From an uncultured delta proteobacterium (lineage in GTDB: Bacteria > Desulfobacterota > Syntrophia > Syntrophales > UBA5619): a stretch of 64,000 nt of DNA. The notes under the pieces are model-generated. The model was not told the DNA's origin. It made no database searches and saw only the letters and a list, made by a program, of their open reading frames with translations. The position numbers were made by a program, and so were the translations under genes. The stretch covers positions 110,122-174,121 of the forward strand of contig CAWFOM010000016.1 in the NCBI GenBank assembly GCA_963817385.1, written 5' to 3'. Numbering within the stretch: position 1 is the stretch's first letter; every line of letters begins with the position of its first letter. Of this stretch, positions 21,647-31,739 are shown one piece after another.

Positions 21647-22581
21647 AGAAACTGCTTCTCGAAATGCTTGCCTGTCCTGTCTGCCTGCCGGACGAAATCG
21701 GGCTGAAGGCCGGCATCATGACGCAGCAACGAGAAGATATTATCGAAGGCAGATTGACCTGCCCCCGATGTGGCGGTGTCTACCCGATTCAGGAGGGGAT
21801 TGCTTATCTCGATTCTTCAGCGCTGACGAAGGCAAAAACCGCTTCGAGATATGAAAGCGCCCCGATGGTGTCGTCCTACGTATGGAGCCACTACGGAGAC
21901 ATCCTGGGGGACCCGGAGGCTTCTTCGGCCTACAGTGAATGGGCCGACCTGATAAGCGGCGGTTCCGGCGCGGCCCTGGACATCGGCTCGGCCGTCGGGC
22001 GCTTCACCTTCGAGATGGGCCGCACCCATGATTTCGCGGTGGGCATCGATAGTTCCGTCTCCTTTGTCCGGACGGCCAGAGAGCTCATGATCCACGGCCG
22101 GAAACCGGTGGCGCTCCGCCAGGAAGGCCTTCTCACGCGGGAGGAAACGGTGGTTCTCCCCGAGATCTGGCGGGCCGACAGGGTCGAGTTCATGGTCGCG
22201 GACGCCCTGGCTCTGCCCTTTCGATCCAAGAGATTCTCCACCGTGGCTGCGCTTAATATCGTGGACAAGGTTCCCCTTCCGCTGAAACACCTTCAGGAGG
22301 CGAACCGCGTGGCGCGGGAACATGAGGCCCGGTTTGTTCTTTCCGATCCCTTTTCCTGGTCGGCCGAGATTGCACGGGAGGAGGATTGGCTGGGCGGCAA
22401 GGACCATGGCCCCTATGCCGGACGGGGGATCGACAATATCATCGCCCTCCTCGAGGGCAAAGACCGGCTGCTGCTGCCTTCCTGGCGCATCACGCGGCAG
22501 GGGTATGTCTGGTGGAGGATTCGGACTCACGCCAACCATTTTGAACTGATCCGGAGCTGCTTCATCAAGGCCGAAAGGTGA
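21643..22581 (+). CDS. Class I SAM methyltransferase with N-terminal Trm112-like domain
   Basis: LEMLACPVC..LTCPRCGGVYPI..GI; LDIGSAVGR; ADALALPF; ATGA overlap with the thiolase. Confidence 0.8.
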   Translation: MKKLLLEMLACPVCLPDEIGLKAGIMTQQREDIIEGRLTCPRCGGVYPIQEGIAYLDSSALTKAKTASRYESAPMVSSYVWSHYGDILGDPEASSAYSEWADLISGGSGAALDIGSAVGRFTFEMGRTHDFAVGIDSSVSFVRTARELMIHGRKPVALRQEGLLTREETVVLPEIWRADRVEFMVADALALPFRSKRFSTVAALNIVDKVPLPLKHLQEANRVAREHEARFVLSDPFSWSAEIAREEDWLGGKDHGPYAGRGIDNIIALLEGKDRLLLPSWRITRQGYVWWRIRTHANHFELIRSCFIKAER

Positions 22582-23016
22582 AATCCCGTCATGTCCGGCA
22601 AAATGGATCAGCCCAGGCCTGCGGGACGGTTCATTTGCCTGCGGTTAATCTTCGGGCACAGCACCATGGCCATGTCGTGATAGATCAGGATAACCGGACT
22701 TACGGCATCGAGGGGTTGGCGACAAAATCGTTTCTGCCGGACGCCATCATCAAGATGATCGATCTCCTTTCGAGCGAGATTGTTGGAGAAAAGTACCCCC
22801 CATCGTTTTCAACCCGGCCGATGGCATGAGCGGGGGGACGATCATCCTGTCCTGTGGGAAAAAAGTGATACGAATCAAGCGGTATCCCATCGCCGGCGCT
22901 GTTTTGCTCAAGGGTGGGTAAGAAGATTTGCCAAGAAGCGCTTTTCATCACATGATGCTGCCGAGATAAAAGGGGAAATGCGATCTTCCCTGTGATGGAT
23001 CCGACCTGCGGCACTC

Positions 23017-23496
23017 CTATATCCCCTTCCATAAGACACCGAAAATAATTCCTAACGTAACCAATACCGGCATCAGGATCATTAAACTCAAGAAAAGCCC
23101 CTTTACCTTTTTCAAAGCCTCTTCTGTTTTTTTTGCCTTGAGGGCCCTCTCGACTTTCAGACGAATATCTTCCATATGAAAGGGCTTGGTAATATAATCA
23201 TATGCCCCTTCCTTCATCGCATTGATTGCACTGTCAATCCCCGGGAAACCCGTTATGATGAGGAAAAAAACGTCCTCATCCTCGATGTTGATCCTCTTCA
23301 ATAGATCAAGGCCGTCAATCGTGGGCATGAAGAGATCCGAGATGACGCAGTCAAAAGCTCCCGGAGCAAATTTCTTCAATGCATCCTCCCCGTCATTAGC
23401 CGTGACGACAGCGTAACCCAGTTCAGTAAAATAATTATTCAATGCGGAACGTATAGATTCCTCATCGTCAACCACCAGAATACGGCCCGCTTCCAT
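23017..23496 (-). CDS. Single-domain response regulator with C-terminal transmembrane helix
   Basis: ILVVDDE, SDLFMP, ITKPF; hydrophobic tail GLFLSLMILMPVLVTLGIIFGVLW. Confidence 0.88.
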   Translation of the reverse strand: MEAGRILVVDDEESIRSALNNYFTELGYAVVTANDGEDALKKFAPGAFDCVISDLFMPTIDGLDLLKRINIEDEDVFFLIITGFPGIDSAINAMKEGAYDYITKPFHMEDIRLKVERALKAKKTEEALKKVKGLFLSLMILMPVLVTLGIIFGVLWKGI

Positions 23497-23654
23497 AGCC
23501 CACCTCCATAAAGCAAATTAGGTACAGCGCGGGGACAACCTGCCGCAATGGCCCGGGATATTCTGAGTACGCGCAAATTATAGGATTGTCACCCATCCGA
23601 GTCAACGAATTATATCACGAATTATATCGGGTGCTGTCCCTCCGGGAAAAGATG

Positions 23655-23795
23655 CTGTAGGGAATAGCAGTCTCTGTTTGTATCAAACTGTAGGGAAAAC
23701 CATTCAAAATATGGATACACAAAAAGCCAGTATCGTAAATACCATATTAAAATCAATATGTTGCATGTTTAGATGTATCTGGCATGGCCTGTGCT
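23655..23795 (+). promoter_or_regulatory. Sigma54 promoter with IHF site and candidate enhancer repeats
   Basis: TGGCATGGCCTGTGCT at 23780-23795 (GG-N10-GC); AATCAATATGTTG at 23751-23763; CTGTAGGGAA at 23655 and 23688. Confidence 0.7.
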
Positions 23796-23834
23796 AATTA
23801 AGAGACAAAGCCACTCTTGATTAAGGAGCGTACT

Positions 23835-24374
23835 ATGAAGAAAGTATTGGTAGTTGATGACAATTGGTTATTAGCCGAGACAATTCAGGAGGTATTGGAA
23901 GACGATGGCATCGAGGTAAGGTCCGCAAAAGATGGGGTCGATGGATATTCAGCTTATCTCCTCTTTAAACCGGATATTGTCATTACCGATATCCAGATGC
24001 CGCGAGAAAATGGCTTGGAAATGATGGGGCATATAAGAGCCCATGACCCGATGATAAAGACAATCTATATGAGCGGGGATATCGATCCTTACCGGCCGTT
24101 CCTCAAGGAGGAGAAGAGGAAATATCCGGTCAGTTTTTTTGAAAAGCCCTTTTCCATGGAATCATTGAGGAGGGTCGTGTTGGAACCGACAACCGGTTTG
24201 CTGCAAGGAAGCGGCGCCCAGCAGTCAATGAAAGGATTGTCATATGACTACCGAAGCGACGACATTTTCGAGGCATATACAGAGGACAGGACGCGGGGCG
24301 TAAAACCTTTACCAAACCGAATTCCCTGCGGCGATTCCGCTATTTCATCGAACATTCCGACTGGAATGAGGTGA
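23835..24374 (+). CDS. Response regulator receiver protein
   Basis: VLVVDDN, TDIQMP, FEKPF; AAGGAG RBS. Confidence 0.85.
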   Translation: MKKVLVVDDNWLLAETIQEVLEDDGIEVRSAKDGVDGYSAYLLFKPDIVITDIQMPRENGLEMMGHIRAHDPMIKTIYMSGDIDPYRPFLKEEKRKYPVSFFEKPFSMESLRRVVLEPTTGLLQGSGAQQSMKGLSYDYRSDDIFEAYTEDRTRGVKPLPNRIPCGDSAISSNIPTGMR

Positions 24375-24495
24375 TTCTTGCCCAAGAGGAGTGGATTGAC
24401 AAACTGTGTATCGGCGTAATCATCGTCGCATCTCTTTATTTTATCCCCCCTGTCTTGGTAATGCTGTTTCTGAGATAGGCCCAAAGAGGCGCACC

Positions 24496-24847
24496 ATGGC
24501 AGCAAGGAATTTTCTGAAAAAAGCAGTGTACTGGCCGGCGGTTTTTCTGTGCATCCTCTCCGTCGGGAGTGCATCGGTGTCGCTTGGCTATCAGCCTGCA
24601 GTTGTTATTCACAGCTGAATATAGGGAGATTATCGGCCTGGACACGATATCAAAGATACTGTCTGTTCTGGAAATCAGGAGCTCCGACCGAAAGATTCTC
24701 GATAAAGCGGCGGAAAAACTCTCTGCAATGAACAGACGAGATATTCAATTGATCTCTTCCCTGTGCGACCGGATCTCCGCGGATGGCGGCACCGCAGGCG
24801 CCGACATTGCATTCTCGCTGATCACGGCGATGATCGTTCTGTCCTGA
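24496..24847 (+). CDS. Small exported/membrane hypothetical protein (frameshift near 24605)
   Basis: GAGG RBS; signal-like N-terminus MAARNFLKK..., continuing into ORF 24569-24847. Confidence 0.5.
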
Positions 24848-24958
24848 CATGAAAGCACGCTGCCGGAACGATAGAGAAATATTCCCTCCTGCCTCGGATT
24901 AATCGTTTCAGCCTTTTTCCCAATTTCACTACAAATTAATATGAACCATGAGGAGATC

Positions 24959-25894
24959 ATGACTAAAAGACTCGTACATATTTCTTACCACGTCATCGTT
25001 GTGCTCATGAGCGCCGCCCTGGCGCTTTCCACTCCTTATGCGCTCAGCGCCATTGCTGCGGGCCTGCTCAGAGCCTGGGCCTTCATCGAGAACGAAAAAA
25101 TCTTTCTCATCGCGCTGGAAATTGTTACGGCGGTAATCCTGATCCTTTTTTTCAACCATATCAAGCGCGGATGGGACGACCGGAGGATTACCAAGATGGC
25201 GAAGAGCGCCGGTCTGGTCCAGGCGACCACGGTAAAGGGAATGTTCGCACAGAGAAGAATGAAAAAAATGAAAAGAAAGCTGGGGTTTGCACGGGAACTC
25301 ATGATAATCGGATCGACCGGTTACCGGACCTTTGTAGACCCGGATGGTGATCTGCACGAGGCTCTTCAGAATTGCCGCGAAGCGAAAATCATGCTGCTCG
25401 ATCCGTTTAAGGAGGGGGCGATCACCCGGGCGCGGGGCATCCCGGACCCGGAGGTGACGCCCGAGATGATCCGGGAGCAGATCATCAAGAGCATAGACTT
25501 TTTGAAGGGGCTCCGGGCGGCTCAGAAGGAGGTGAGGCTGAAGCTGTATCCTGATCTTCCGCTCCTGAAGTTGGCCATCATTGGAGATTACGCCTTTCTC
25601 CAGCACTATCACACGGGGATGAACGTGCGTCAGATGCCGGAGTATGCCTTCAAAAACGAATCGAAGCACGGCGGTCTCTATATCCCCTTGTACCGGTATT
25701 TTCTCACGCGGTGGCAGGACACAACCATTCCCGAGTACGACCTCGATACTGACGAGCTTGTATACCGCGACCTTACGGGCAATGAAGTGGCTCGAGAACG
25801 GTTCCCCGACATCATGAACCCTGCCGCCATGGACGAAGAACTTGATGACGGCCCGGGAGTGCTGAGAGATAAAAATCAGGGCACTCTCGCATAA
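24959..25894 (+). CDS. Two-TM membrane protein with PLD-fold-like (DUF5919-like) domain
   Basis: Two hydrophobic helices, then IIGSTG..KIMLLDP..LKLY..KLAIIGD..F..RW pattern; no HKD motif. Confidence 0.6.
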   Translation: MTKRLVHISYHVIVVLMSAALALSTPYALSAIAAGLLRAWAFIENEKIFLIALEIVTAVILILFFNHIKRGWDDRRITKMAKSAGLVQATTVKGMFAQRRMKKMKRKLGFARELMIIGSTGYRTFVDPDGDLHEALQNCREAKIMLLDPFKEGAITRARGIPDPEVTPEMIREQIIKSIDFLKGLRAAQKEVRLKLYPDLPLLKLAIIGDYAFLQHYHTGMNVRQMPEYAFKNESKHGGLYIPLYRYFLTRWQDTTIPEYDLDTDELVYRDLTGNEVARERFPDIMNPAAMDEELDDGPGVLRDKNQGTLA

Positions 25895-25984
25895 TATATG
25901 ATAGTATTCCTTCTCCCCTTATGATCCCTTTCCGCAAGGGGAGGTGATATTTTTTGCTGAAATATTTTGTAATCAAGGGTTGAC

Positions 25985-27415
25985 ATGAAATTCGGTATAT
26001 TCCCCCGATCGACAGCCGGATATTTAATGGTCTTGTTTCTCCTGGGCGGATCAAACGTATACGCGATTTTGAAATTGGCACAGTTCAATACGGTCATCCT
26101 CAAAAGCCACATCGAAGATACCCGCCTGGTCGACACCGAGAAAAAGCTCGTCGATTCTATTTTTTCCCAGCAGCGATATGAGCAAAAGTATCTGCTCACA
26201 AACGATGCGGTTTTATTTAACCAGTTCCTTGCCGCGAAAGACGACTTTGAGCGGCTGCTTGCCGAGATAAGCATCATCTCGGATTTGCCCGCGTATAAAG
26301 ATTCCTTCGGAAAAATTAAGACATTCCATCAGTGGTATCAATCCCTGGTTGACACCGAGGTGAAATACGTGAATGACAAAAAAAACTATGATAGAAACTG
26401 GTACAAAAAAGAGAAAGAGAAGGCGTCGGATGGCATTCTGGCCGTGTTAAAAGAACTGGAAGACTATTCCCGTGCAGACTTCTATCACAAAACAAAAATG
26501 GTAAGCGAAGCCGGAGCCGCGGCTCGCAGAATGGCGGTCATTTCATTTCTGAGTACCGTTCTGCTGGCTGTTCTGCTATCCTTCTTCATTACCCGGAGCA
26601 TAACAAATCCGCTCATGACGCTGGTGAAAAAGACCAGGGAAATCCCGACCGGTTTCTTTAATTGCGATCTGGAAGTTTCCGCCCCTCCTGAAATCGTAGA
26701 GCTCTCGGATGCATTCACGCTGATGTGCGACAGATTAAAGGAAGTAGATAAGATGAAGGCTGATTTTTTAGCCATGATATCTCATGAACTGAAAACACCT
26801 CTTACCACAATCAAGGAGGGAACGAGTCTTCTTCTTGAAGGTGTAGGCGGAACGATCACGGAAAAACAGGATAGGCTGTTGACCATTATCGCGACAGAGA
26901 GTAAACGGTTAACCAGTTTGGTAAATTCGATATTGGATTTGTCAAAAATGGAAGCGGGGATGATGACGTATACCTTCGAGCAGGGGGCTATTGGACCTCT
27001 CATTGCACAAGTTGTCAGGGAGATCGTCCCTTACGCGGAAGCCAAACGGATTCATATAGTCAAGCAAATTAATACGGATTCTTCAGATTGTCGGATGGAC
27101 GGGGAACGTATTCTCGATGTGTTGCGTAATCTGGTCGGAAATGCTATCAAATTCACCCCGGAAGGCGGTCAGGTTACAATTGCGGCAATCCCGCTGAACG
27201 GCGGACTGAAGGTCTCCGTAAGCGATTCCGGTCCCGGTATTCCCCCGGAAAAGCTGAAGACCATATTCGAAAAGTATGCGAGTTCGGATCAGAAAAGAGG
27301 GACTGGACTGGGATTGGCTATTGTCAAACACATCGTGGCGGCGCATGGAGGAAAGGTATGGGTGGAAAGCAATCCGGGAGAAGGAAGCAGATTTGTCTTT
27401 GTATTGCCATCCTGA
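25985..27415 (+). CDS. HAMP sensor histidine kinase (GlrK/QseE-like)
   Basis: Two TM helices, SHELKTPL, NLVGNAIKF, DSGPGI, GTGLGL. Confidence 0.93.
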   Translation: MKFGIFPRSTAGYLMVLFLLGGSNVYAILKLAQFNTVILKSHIEDTRLVDTEKKLVDSIFSQQRYEQKYLLTNDAVLFNQFLAAKDDFERLLAEISIISDLPAYKDSFGKIKTFHQWYQSLVDTEVKYVNDKKNYDRNWYKKEKEKASDGILAVLKELEDYSRADFYHKTKMVSEAGAAARRMAVISFLSTVLLAVLLSFFITRSITNPLMTLVKKTREIPTGFFNCDLEVSAPPEIVELSDAFTLMCDRLKEVDKMKADFLAMISHELKTPLTTIKEGTSLLLEGVGGTITEKQDRLLTIIATESKRLTSLVNSILDLSKMEAGMMTYTFEQGAIGPLIAQVVREIVPYAEAKRIHIVKQINTDSSDCRMDGERILDVLRNLVGNAIKFTPEGGQVTIAAIPLNGGLKVSVSDSGPGIPPEKLKTIFEKYASSDQKRGTGLGLAIVKHIVAAHGGKVWVESNPGEGSRFVFVLPS

Positions 27416-28011
27416 TTTTTCTGAGCCCCTCGGCTTGTGCGCTCAACCAGATGATGAGCACGACTATGGTGGACGCCACCGGAGAGGAGGCACTGGAGCA
27501 TTTGGATCTGGGCCGGAAGTTTCTTGCTCAGGGAGATTATGGGAATGCATTGAAGGAAAACGAAAAGGTGCTGTCTCTGGCAGGCAGAAATACGCCGGTG
27601 GATGAAGCCCTTTTTTATGTGGGTTTGATCTATGCCCTCCCGGCAAATCCGGCAAGGAATTATGGAAGGTCCGTTGTTTCTTTCAAACGATTGATGAAGG
27701 AATATCCGGGGAGTTCTCTGATTGAACCGGCGAAAGCCATGGTGGAACTGCTCCAGGAAAATGATAACCTCAACCGCCGGGTGGATAGATTAAACAATAC
27801 CGTGGATAGATTAAACAATATCATCGATGAGTTAAAAAAAGTGGACATCGGCGTCGATCAGAAAAAGGCTGAACATGACAAAACCATCGGAGTCCTCATG
27901 CAGGAAAATGATAAGCTTAGCCACACGGTGGAGAAGTTGAACAATATCATCGATGAGTTGAAAAAAGTGGACATCGGCGTCGATCAGAAAAAGAGAGAAC
28001 AGATAAAATAG
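27358..28011 (+). CDS. TPR/coiled-coil lipoprotein (QseG-like position)
   Basis: Lipobox-like PSAC, TPR-like helices, duplicated coiled-coil tail; lies between kinase and regulator. Confidence 0.75.
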   Translation: MGGKQSGRRKQICLCIAILIFLSPSACALNQMMSTTMVDATGEEALEHLDLGRKFLAQGDYGNALKENEKVLSLAGRNTPVDEALFYVGLIYALPANPARNYGRSVVSFKRLMKEYPGSSLIEPAKAMVELLQENDNLNRRVDRLNNTVDRLNNIIDELKKVDIGVDQKKAEHDKTIGVLMQENDKLSHTVEKLNNIIDELKKVDIGVDQKKREQIK

Positions 28012-28021
28012 GGGGAGGTGC

Positions 28022-29389
28022 ATGGCTTCGGGAAAGATATTGGTAGTCGATGACGATCGTAGCCTCGTCGAGGTGCTGAAGGTTCGGGTTGAATCGGCAG
28101 GCTATGAAGTGACCACGGCGCTGAAAGAAGAGACGGCAATAGCGGCGACCAAGGAACAGGTGTTTGACCTTGCGATCATCGACCTGCAACTTGAAGGGAC
28201 CAGCGGGATTACGCTGATGCAAAAAATCCATCTCGTCATTCCCGAGCTGCCTGTCATCATCCTGACCGCGCATGGTTCGATCGAAAGCGCCGTTGAAGCC
28301 ATGAAACAGGGGGCATACAGCTATGTCACGAAACCCTTTAACGCGCGGGATCTGCTTCTGCAGGTCGAAAAAGCCCTTGAAAATCGTGTTCTTAAGAATG
28401 AGATTCAGCGGTTGAAGAGCTTTCTTGAAGAGGAGTATGATTTCGGAAACATTATTGCCCGAAGTGAGAAGATGCAAGGGGTGCTGGAGATCGTCACCAG
28501 AATTGCCGGTAACGATTCAACGGTTTACATTCAGGGGGAGAGCGGCACCGGCAAGGAGCTCATCGCGAAGGCGATTCATATGGCGAGCAACAGGAAGGAC
28601 AAACCGTTTATCGCACTGAATTGCGCCGCCATTCCCGAGACCCTGCTCGAGAGCAAGCTCTTTGGTCATGAGCGAGGCGCTTTTACCGGGGCGACGCAAA
28701 GCGCGAGGGGTTCTTTTACCCAGGCCCACACCGGCACTATCTTCCTGGATGAGATTGGCGACATGTCTCTCACCATCCAGGCTAAGGTCCTCAGGGTTCT
28801 TCAGGAACGCCAATTTTACCCGGTAGGAAGCGAAAAACTGGCCGAGGTTGACGTCCGGGTGATCGTGGCCACCAACAAGGATTTGGAGGAAGAGGTGAAA
28901 AAGGGACTCTTCCGCAATGATCTTTATTACCGGATCCATGTTATTCCGATCAATCTGCCCCCGTTGCGCGAGAGGAAAGAGGATATCCAACCCCTCGTCG
29001 AGCATTTCCTGAAGAAATTCAACCAAAATATGAAGAAGGAGGTCAAGGGTGTAACGACCGAGGCAATGAAGAAACTCCTTCTCCATGATTGGCCGGGGAA
29101 TGTCCGGGAGCTGGAAAATACGATTGAGTTTGCAATGGCGATGACCCAGCTGGATTACATTACCGAAGATTATGTCCTCCAGTCCAAGGCCCTTCCCGTG
29201 GATGATACGTTAAAACCGTTAAAAGACGCCAAAAACGCGTTTGAAAGAAGTTATCTGATCGGTCTGCTGCAAATCTGCAAGGGTAATGTGAGTGAAGCAG
29301 CGGAACTGGCAGGTAAATATCGGGCCGATTTCTACGGCCTTCTCAGCAAACACAATCTTAATGCCGCGGATTTCAGGAGTTCCGAATAG
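28022..29389 (+). CDS. Sigma54-dependent response regulator (GlrR/QseF-like)
   Basis: REC domain, GESGTGKE, GAFTGA, FLDEIGD, WPGNVREL, HTH. Confidence 0.95.
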   Translation: MASGKILVVDDDRSLVEVLKVRVESAGYEVTTALKEETAIAATKEQVFDLAIIDLQLEGTSGITLMQKIHLVIPELPVIILTAHGSIESAVEAMKQGAYSYVTKPFNARDLLLQVEKALENRVLKNEIQRLKSFLEEEYDFGNIIARSEKMQGVLEIVTRIAGNDSTVYIQGESGTGKELIAKAIHMASNRKDKPFIALNCAAIPETLLESKLFGHERGAFTGATQSARGSFTQAHTGTIFLDEIGDMSLTIQAKVLRVLQERQFYPVGSEKLAEVDVRVIVATNKDLEEEVKKGLFRNDLYYRIHVIPINLPPLRERKEDIQPLVEHFLKKFNQNMKKEVKGVTTEAMKKLLLHDWPGNVRELENTIEFAMAMTQLDYITEDYVLQSKALPVDDTLKPLKDAKNAFERSYLIGLLQICKGNVSEAAELAGKYRADFYGLLSKHNLNAADFRSSE

Positions 29390-29690
29390 CGCATAGTATT
29401 TTTTCATAAATCGTCTCACCAATCGATGATCTCATCATAAAACGTCCCGGATTCCCAGCTTCACCTTCATCCTTCCCCGTCGAGGAGGGAGGAGATGATA
29501 ATTCCCCTCGGAGGTGAAGGCAAATCTCTTCATTTTTTTCAACTAACTACTATTACAGCTTATTAGACCCTTATACGCCGATCGAAACACCATCTTTTGA
29601 AGGAAAATCCATGCGATAAAAAATTACCATGGCAAAGTGCTTTTTTAAAATTACTCATAAAATACAGTATCTTGAGTGGTTACCGTAATG

Positions 29691-29706
29691 TGGCAAGCAA
29701 ATTGCT
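29691..29706 (+). promoter_or_regulatory. Sigma54 -24/-12 promoter
   Basis: TGGCAAGCAAATTGCT about 100 bp upstream of ATG 29808. Confidence 0.75.
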
Positions 29707-29807
29707 CTTATCGGAAATGTCACTCCCACTCTATTGCACTCATCGTAAAAGGGGTGGCGTGGCGCAACGTTACCATACAGAAGATAACCATAAAATAAGG
29801 AGAGCAT

Positions 29808-31682
29808 ATGCAAAAATCATTTGAGGGTCCAATTATGCACGGTCATGGAAGGGTAGTTATAAAAAGATTGGTGGAACGAACGGGTGTGTCTATCACTATA
29901 TTGTTCTGCCTGCTGACTATGAGTGTTATGATTGCCGGATGCGGCGGTGGCGGAGGTGAAGGTGTTTCTTCCCAGGTTGTAAGCGGCGTAGCTGCCACCG
30001 GCGCGCCGCTGGCCGGAGAGGCAAAAATCAAGGATTCCTCGACCCCGGTCCGGGAAAAGACGACTGTCATCGGCAACGACGGCTCGTTTGCCTTCGACGT
30101 CACTGACATGAATGGGCCTTTTATCCTGCGGGCCACAGGGCATGCGGATGGTAAAGCTTATACGTTGCATTCCTTTGCCGACGGTCCCGGCACAGCCAAT
30201 ATCAACCCTTTAACGAATGCGGCAGTTGCCAGTGCCGCGGGGGTGGATGATCCGGCAAAGATCTTTGAACATCCCGATCGTGACAAGCTCAATAAAATCA
30301 AGGCTGATCTGCCCGCATCCGTGGCGGAAATTCTCGGCAAGCTCAAACCTCTGCTGAGAAAATTCAGTGCGGACAATAGCGATCCGGTCAGGGGGAGCTA
30401 CAGGGCCGACCACAACCATCTTGACGGCTGGTTCGACAAGGTGAATATTACCCTTATCGACGGGGTCCTGACGATTACGAACAAAATAACCGGCGCCGTC
30501 ATCTTCACCGGCAAGATATCCGACATCAGGAGCGGTGAGTTGACGGAAAATGAGGACGATTTGCCCAATCCGGGCGACATTCCCGAAGATCCTGATGACG
30601 TGAAGGCAATCGGAGGCGACGGCCAGGTCACCATCTCTTGGGAGGCAGTCGGCAATGCCACGTCATACAATATTTACTGGTCGACTACCGCCAAAGTCAC
30701 CACGACCAGCGGGACCAAGATTGCCGGAGCCACGAGCCCCTATGACCATACAGGGCTCGCCACCGGAACCAAGTACTACTATATCGTCACGGCGGTAAAC
30801 AGCGCCGGAGAAGGCGAAGCTTCCGATGAGGCATCGGCGACAACAACTTCCTCATTGGCGCCAACTCCAACCGTCCCAGCCGCACCGACGGGGGTGCTTG
30901 CCACCGGCGGTACGAAACAGGTAACTGTCTCCTGGCCGGCAGTTTCCGGGGCAACTTCATATAATCTTTACTGGTCGGCTACGACCGGGGTCACGAAAAC
31001 CACCGGAACGAAGATCGCCGGGGTTATGAGTCCTACGGTTCAAAACGACCTGGCTGACGCCATTACCTACTATTACATTCTCACCGCGGTGAACAGCGCC
31101 GGCGAGAGCGACCCCTCGGTTCAGGTTGCCGCTACCACGCTTGCTTCCACACCGCCTCCGGCAACCGTGCCTTCAGCACCGACGGATGTGACTGCTACCG
31201 GCGGCGCCAAGCAGGTGACCGTCTCCTGGCCGACAGTTACCGATGCAACATCGTATAATCTGTACTGGTCGACCACTACCGGTGTCACGAAAACCACTGG
31301 GACGAAGATTACCGGTGTGACGAGCCCCTATGTCCATACGGGGCTTGCCGACAGCACTGCGTATTATTACGTTGTCACGGGGCAAAACGGTGCGGGCGAA
31401 GGTGCCGCCTCATCCCAGGTGACGGCGACCACGGATGCCGCCGCTCAGCCGCCATCCCAGACGTGGTCGCTTCACACTCTGTACTGCGCTGGATGCCACG
31501 GCACGGGTAAAAGGACGTCAACGGTCGCTGCGGTAAGGGCGGCAATTACGAACAACTTGGGGGGAGGTTTTTCAACTGGCATGGGTATGCTCGCCTCTGC
31601 AAGCTGCACATCATGTCATCCCGGCACGGGTCGAGTTACCGTGACGGATACCCTCATAGCGGACATTCTTGCTGGCAAATAG
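29808..31682 (+). CDS. Lipoprotein with three fibronectin type III repeats and a C-terminal c-type cytochrome domain
   Basis: IAGC-GGGGG lipobox; 3x VTxSW..ATSYNxYWS..YYY; CAGCH and CTSCH. Confidence 0.85.
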   Translation: MQKSFEGPIMHGHGRVVIKRLVERTGVSITILFCLLTMSVMIAGCGGGGGEGVSSQVVSGVAATGAPLAGEAKIKDSSTPVREKTTVIGNDGSFAFDVTDMNGPFILRATGHADGKAYTLHSFADGPGTANINPLTNAAVASAAGVDDPAKIFEHPDRDKLNKIKADLPASVAEILGKLKPLLRKFSADNSDPVRGSYRADHNHLDGWFDKVNITLIDGVLTITNKITGAVIFTGKISDIRSGELTENEDDLPNPGDIPEDPDDVKAIGGDGQVTISWEAVGNATSYNIYWSTTAKVTTTSGTKIAGATSPYDHTGLATGTKYYYIVTAVNSAGEGEASDEASATTTSSLAPTPTVPAAPTGVLATGGTKQVTVSWPAVSGATSYNLYWSATTGVTKTTGTKIAGVMSPTVQNDLADAITYYYILTAVNSAGESDPSVQVAATTLASTPPPATVPSAPTDVTATGGAKQVTVSWPTVTDATSYNLYWSTTTGVTKTTGTKITGVTSPYVHTGLADSTAYYYVVTGQNGAGEGAASSQVTATTDAAAQPPSQTWSLHTLYCAGCHGTGKRTSTVAAVRAAITNNLGGGFSTGMGMLASASCTSCHPGTGRVTVTDTLIADILAGK

Positions 31683-31709
31683 CAGGGAATCGATTAACCT
31701 TTAACAGAC

Positions 31710-31739
31710 AAAGAAGGGCTCCAAAAGGAGCCCTTCTTT
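31710..31739. terminator. Bidirectional intrinsic terminator
   Basis: AAAGAAGGGCTCC-AAAA-GGAGCCCTTCTTT between convergent genes. Confidence 0.8.

Noticed and set aside
22578..22995. Short ORFs after the methyltransferase
   Set aside because: No convincing RBS or motif; possibly decayed sequence
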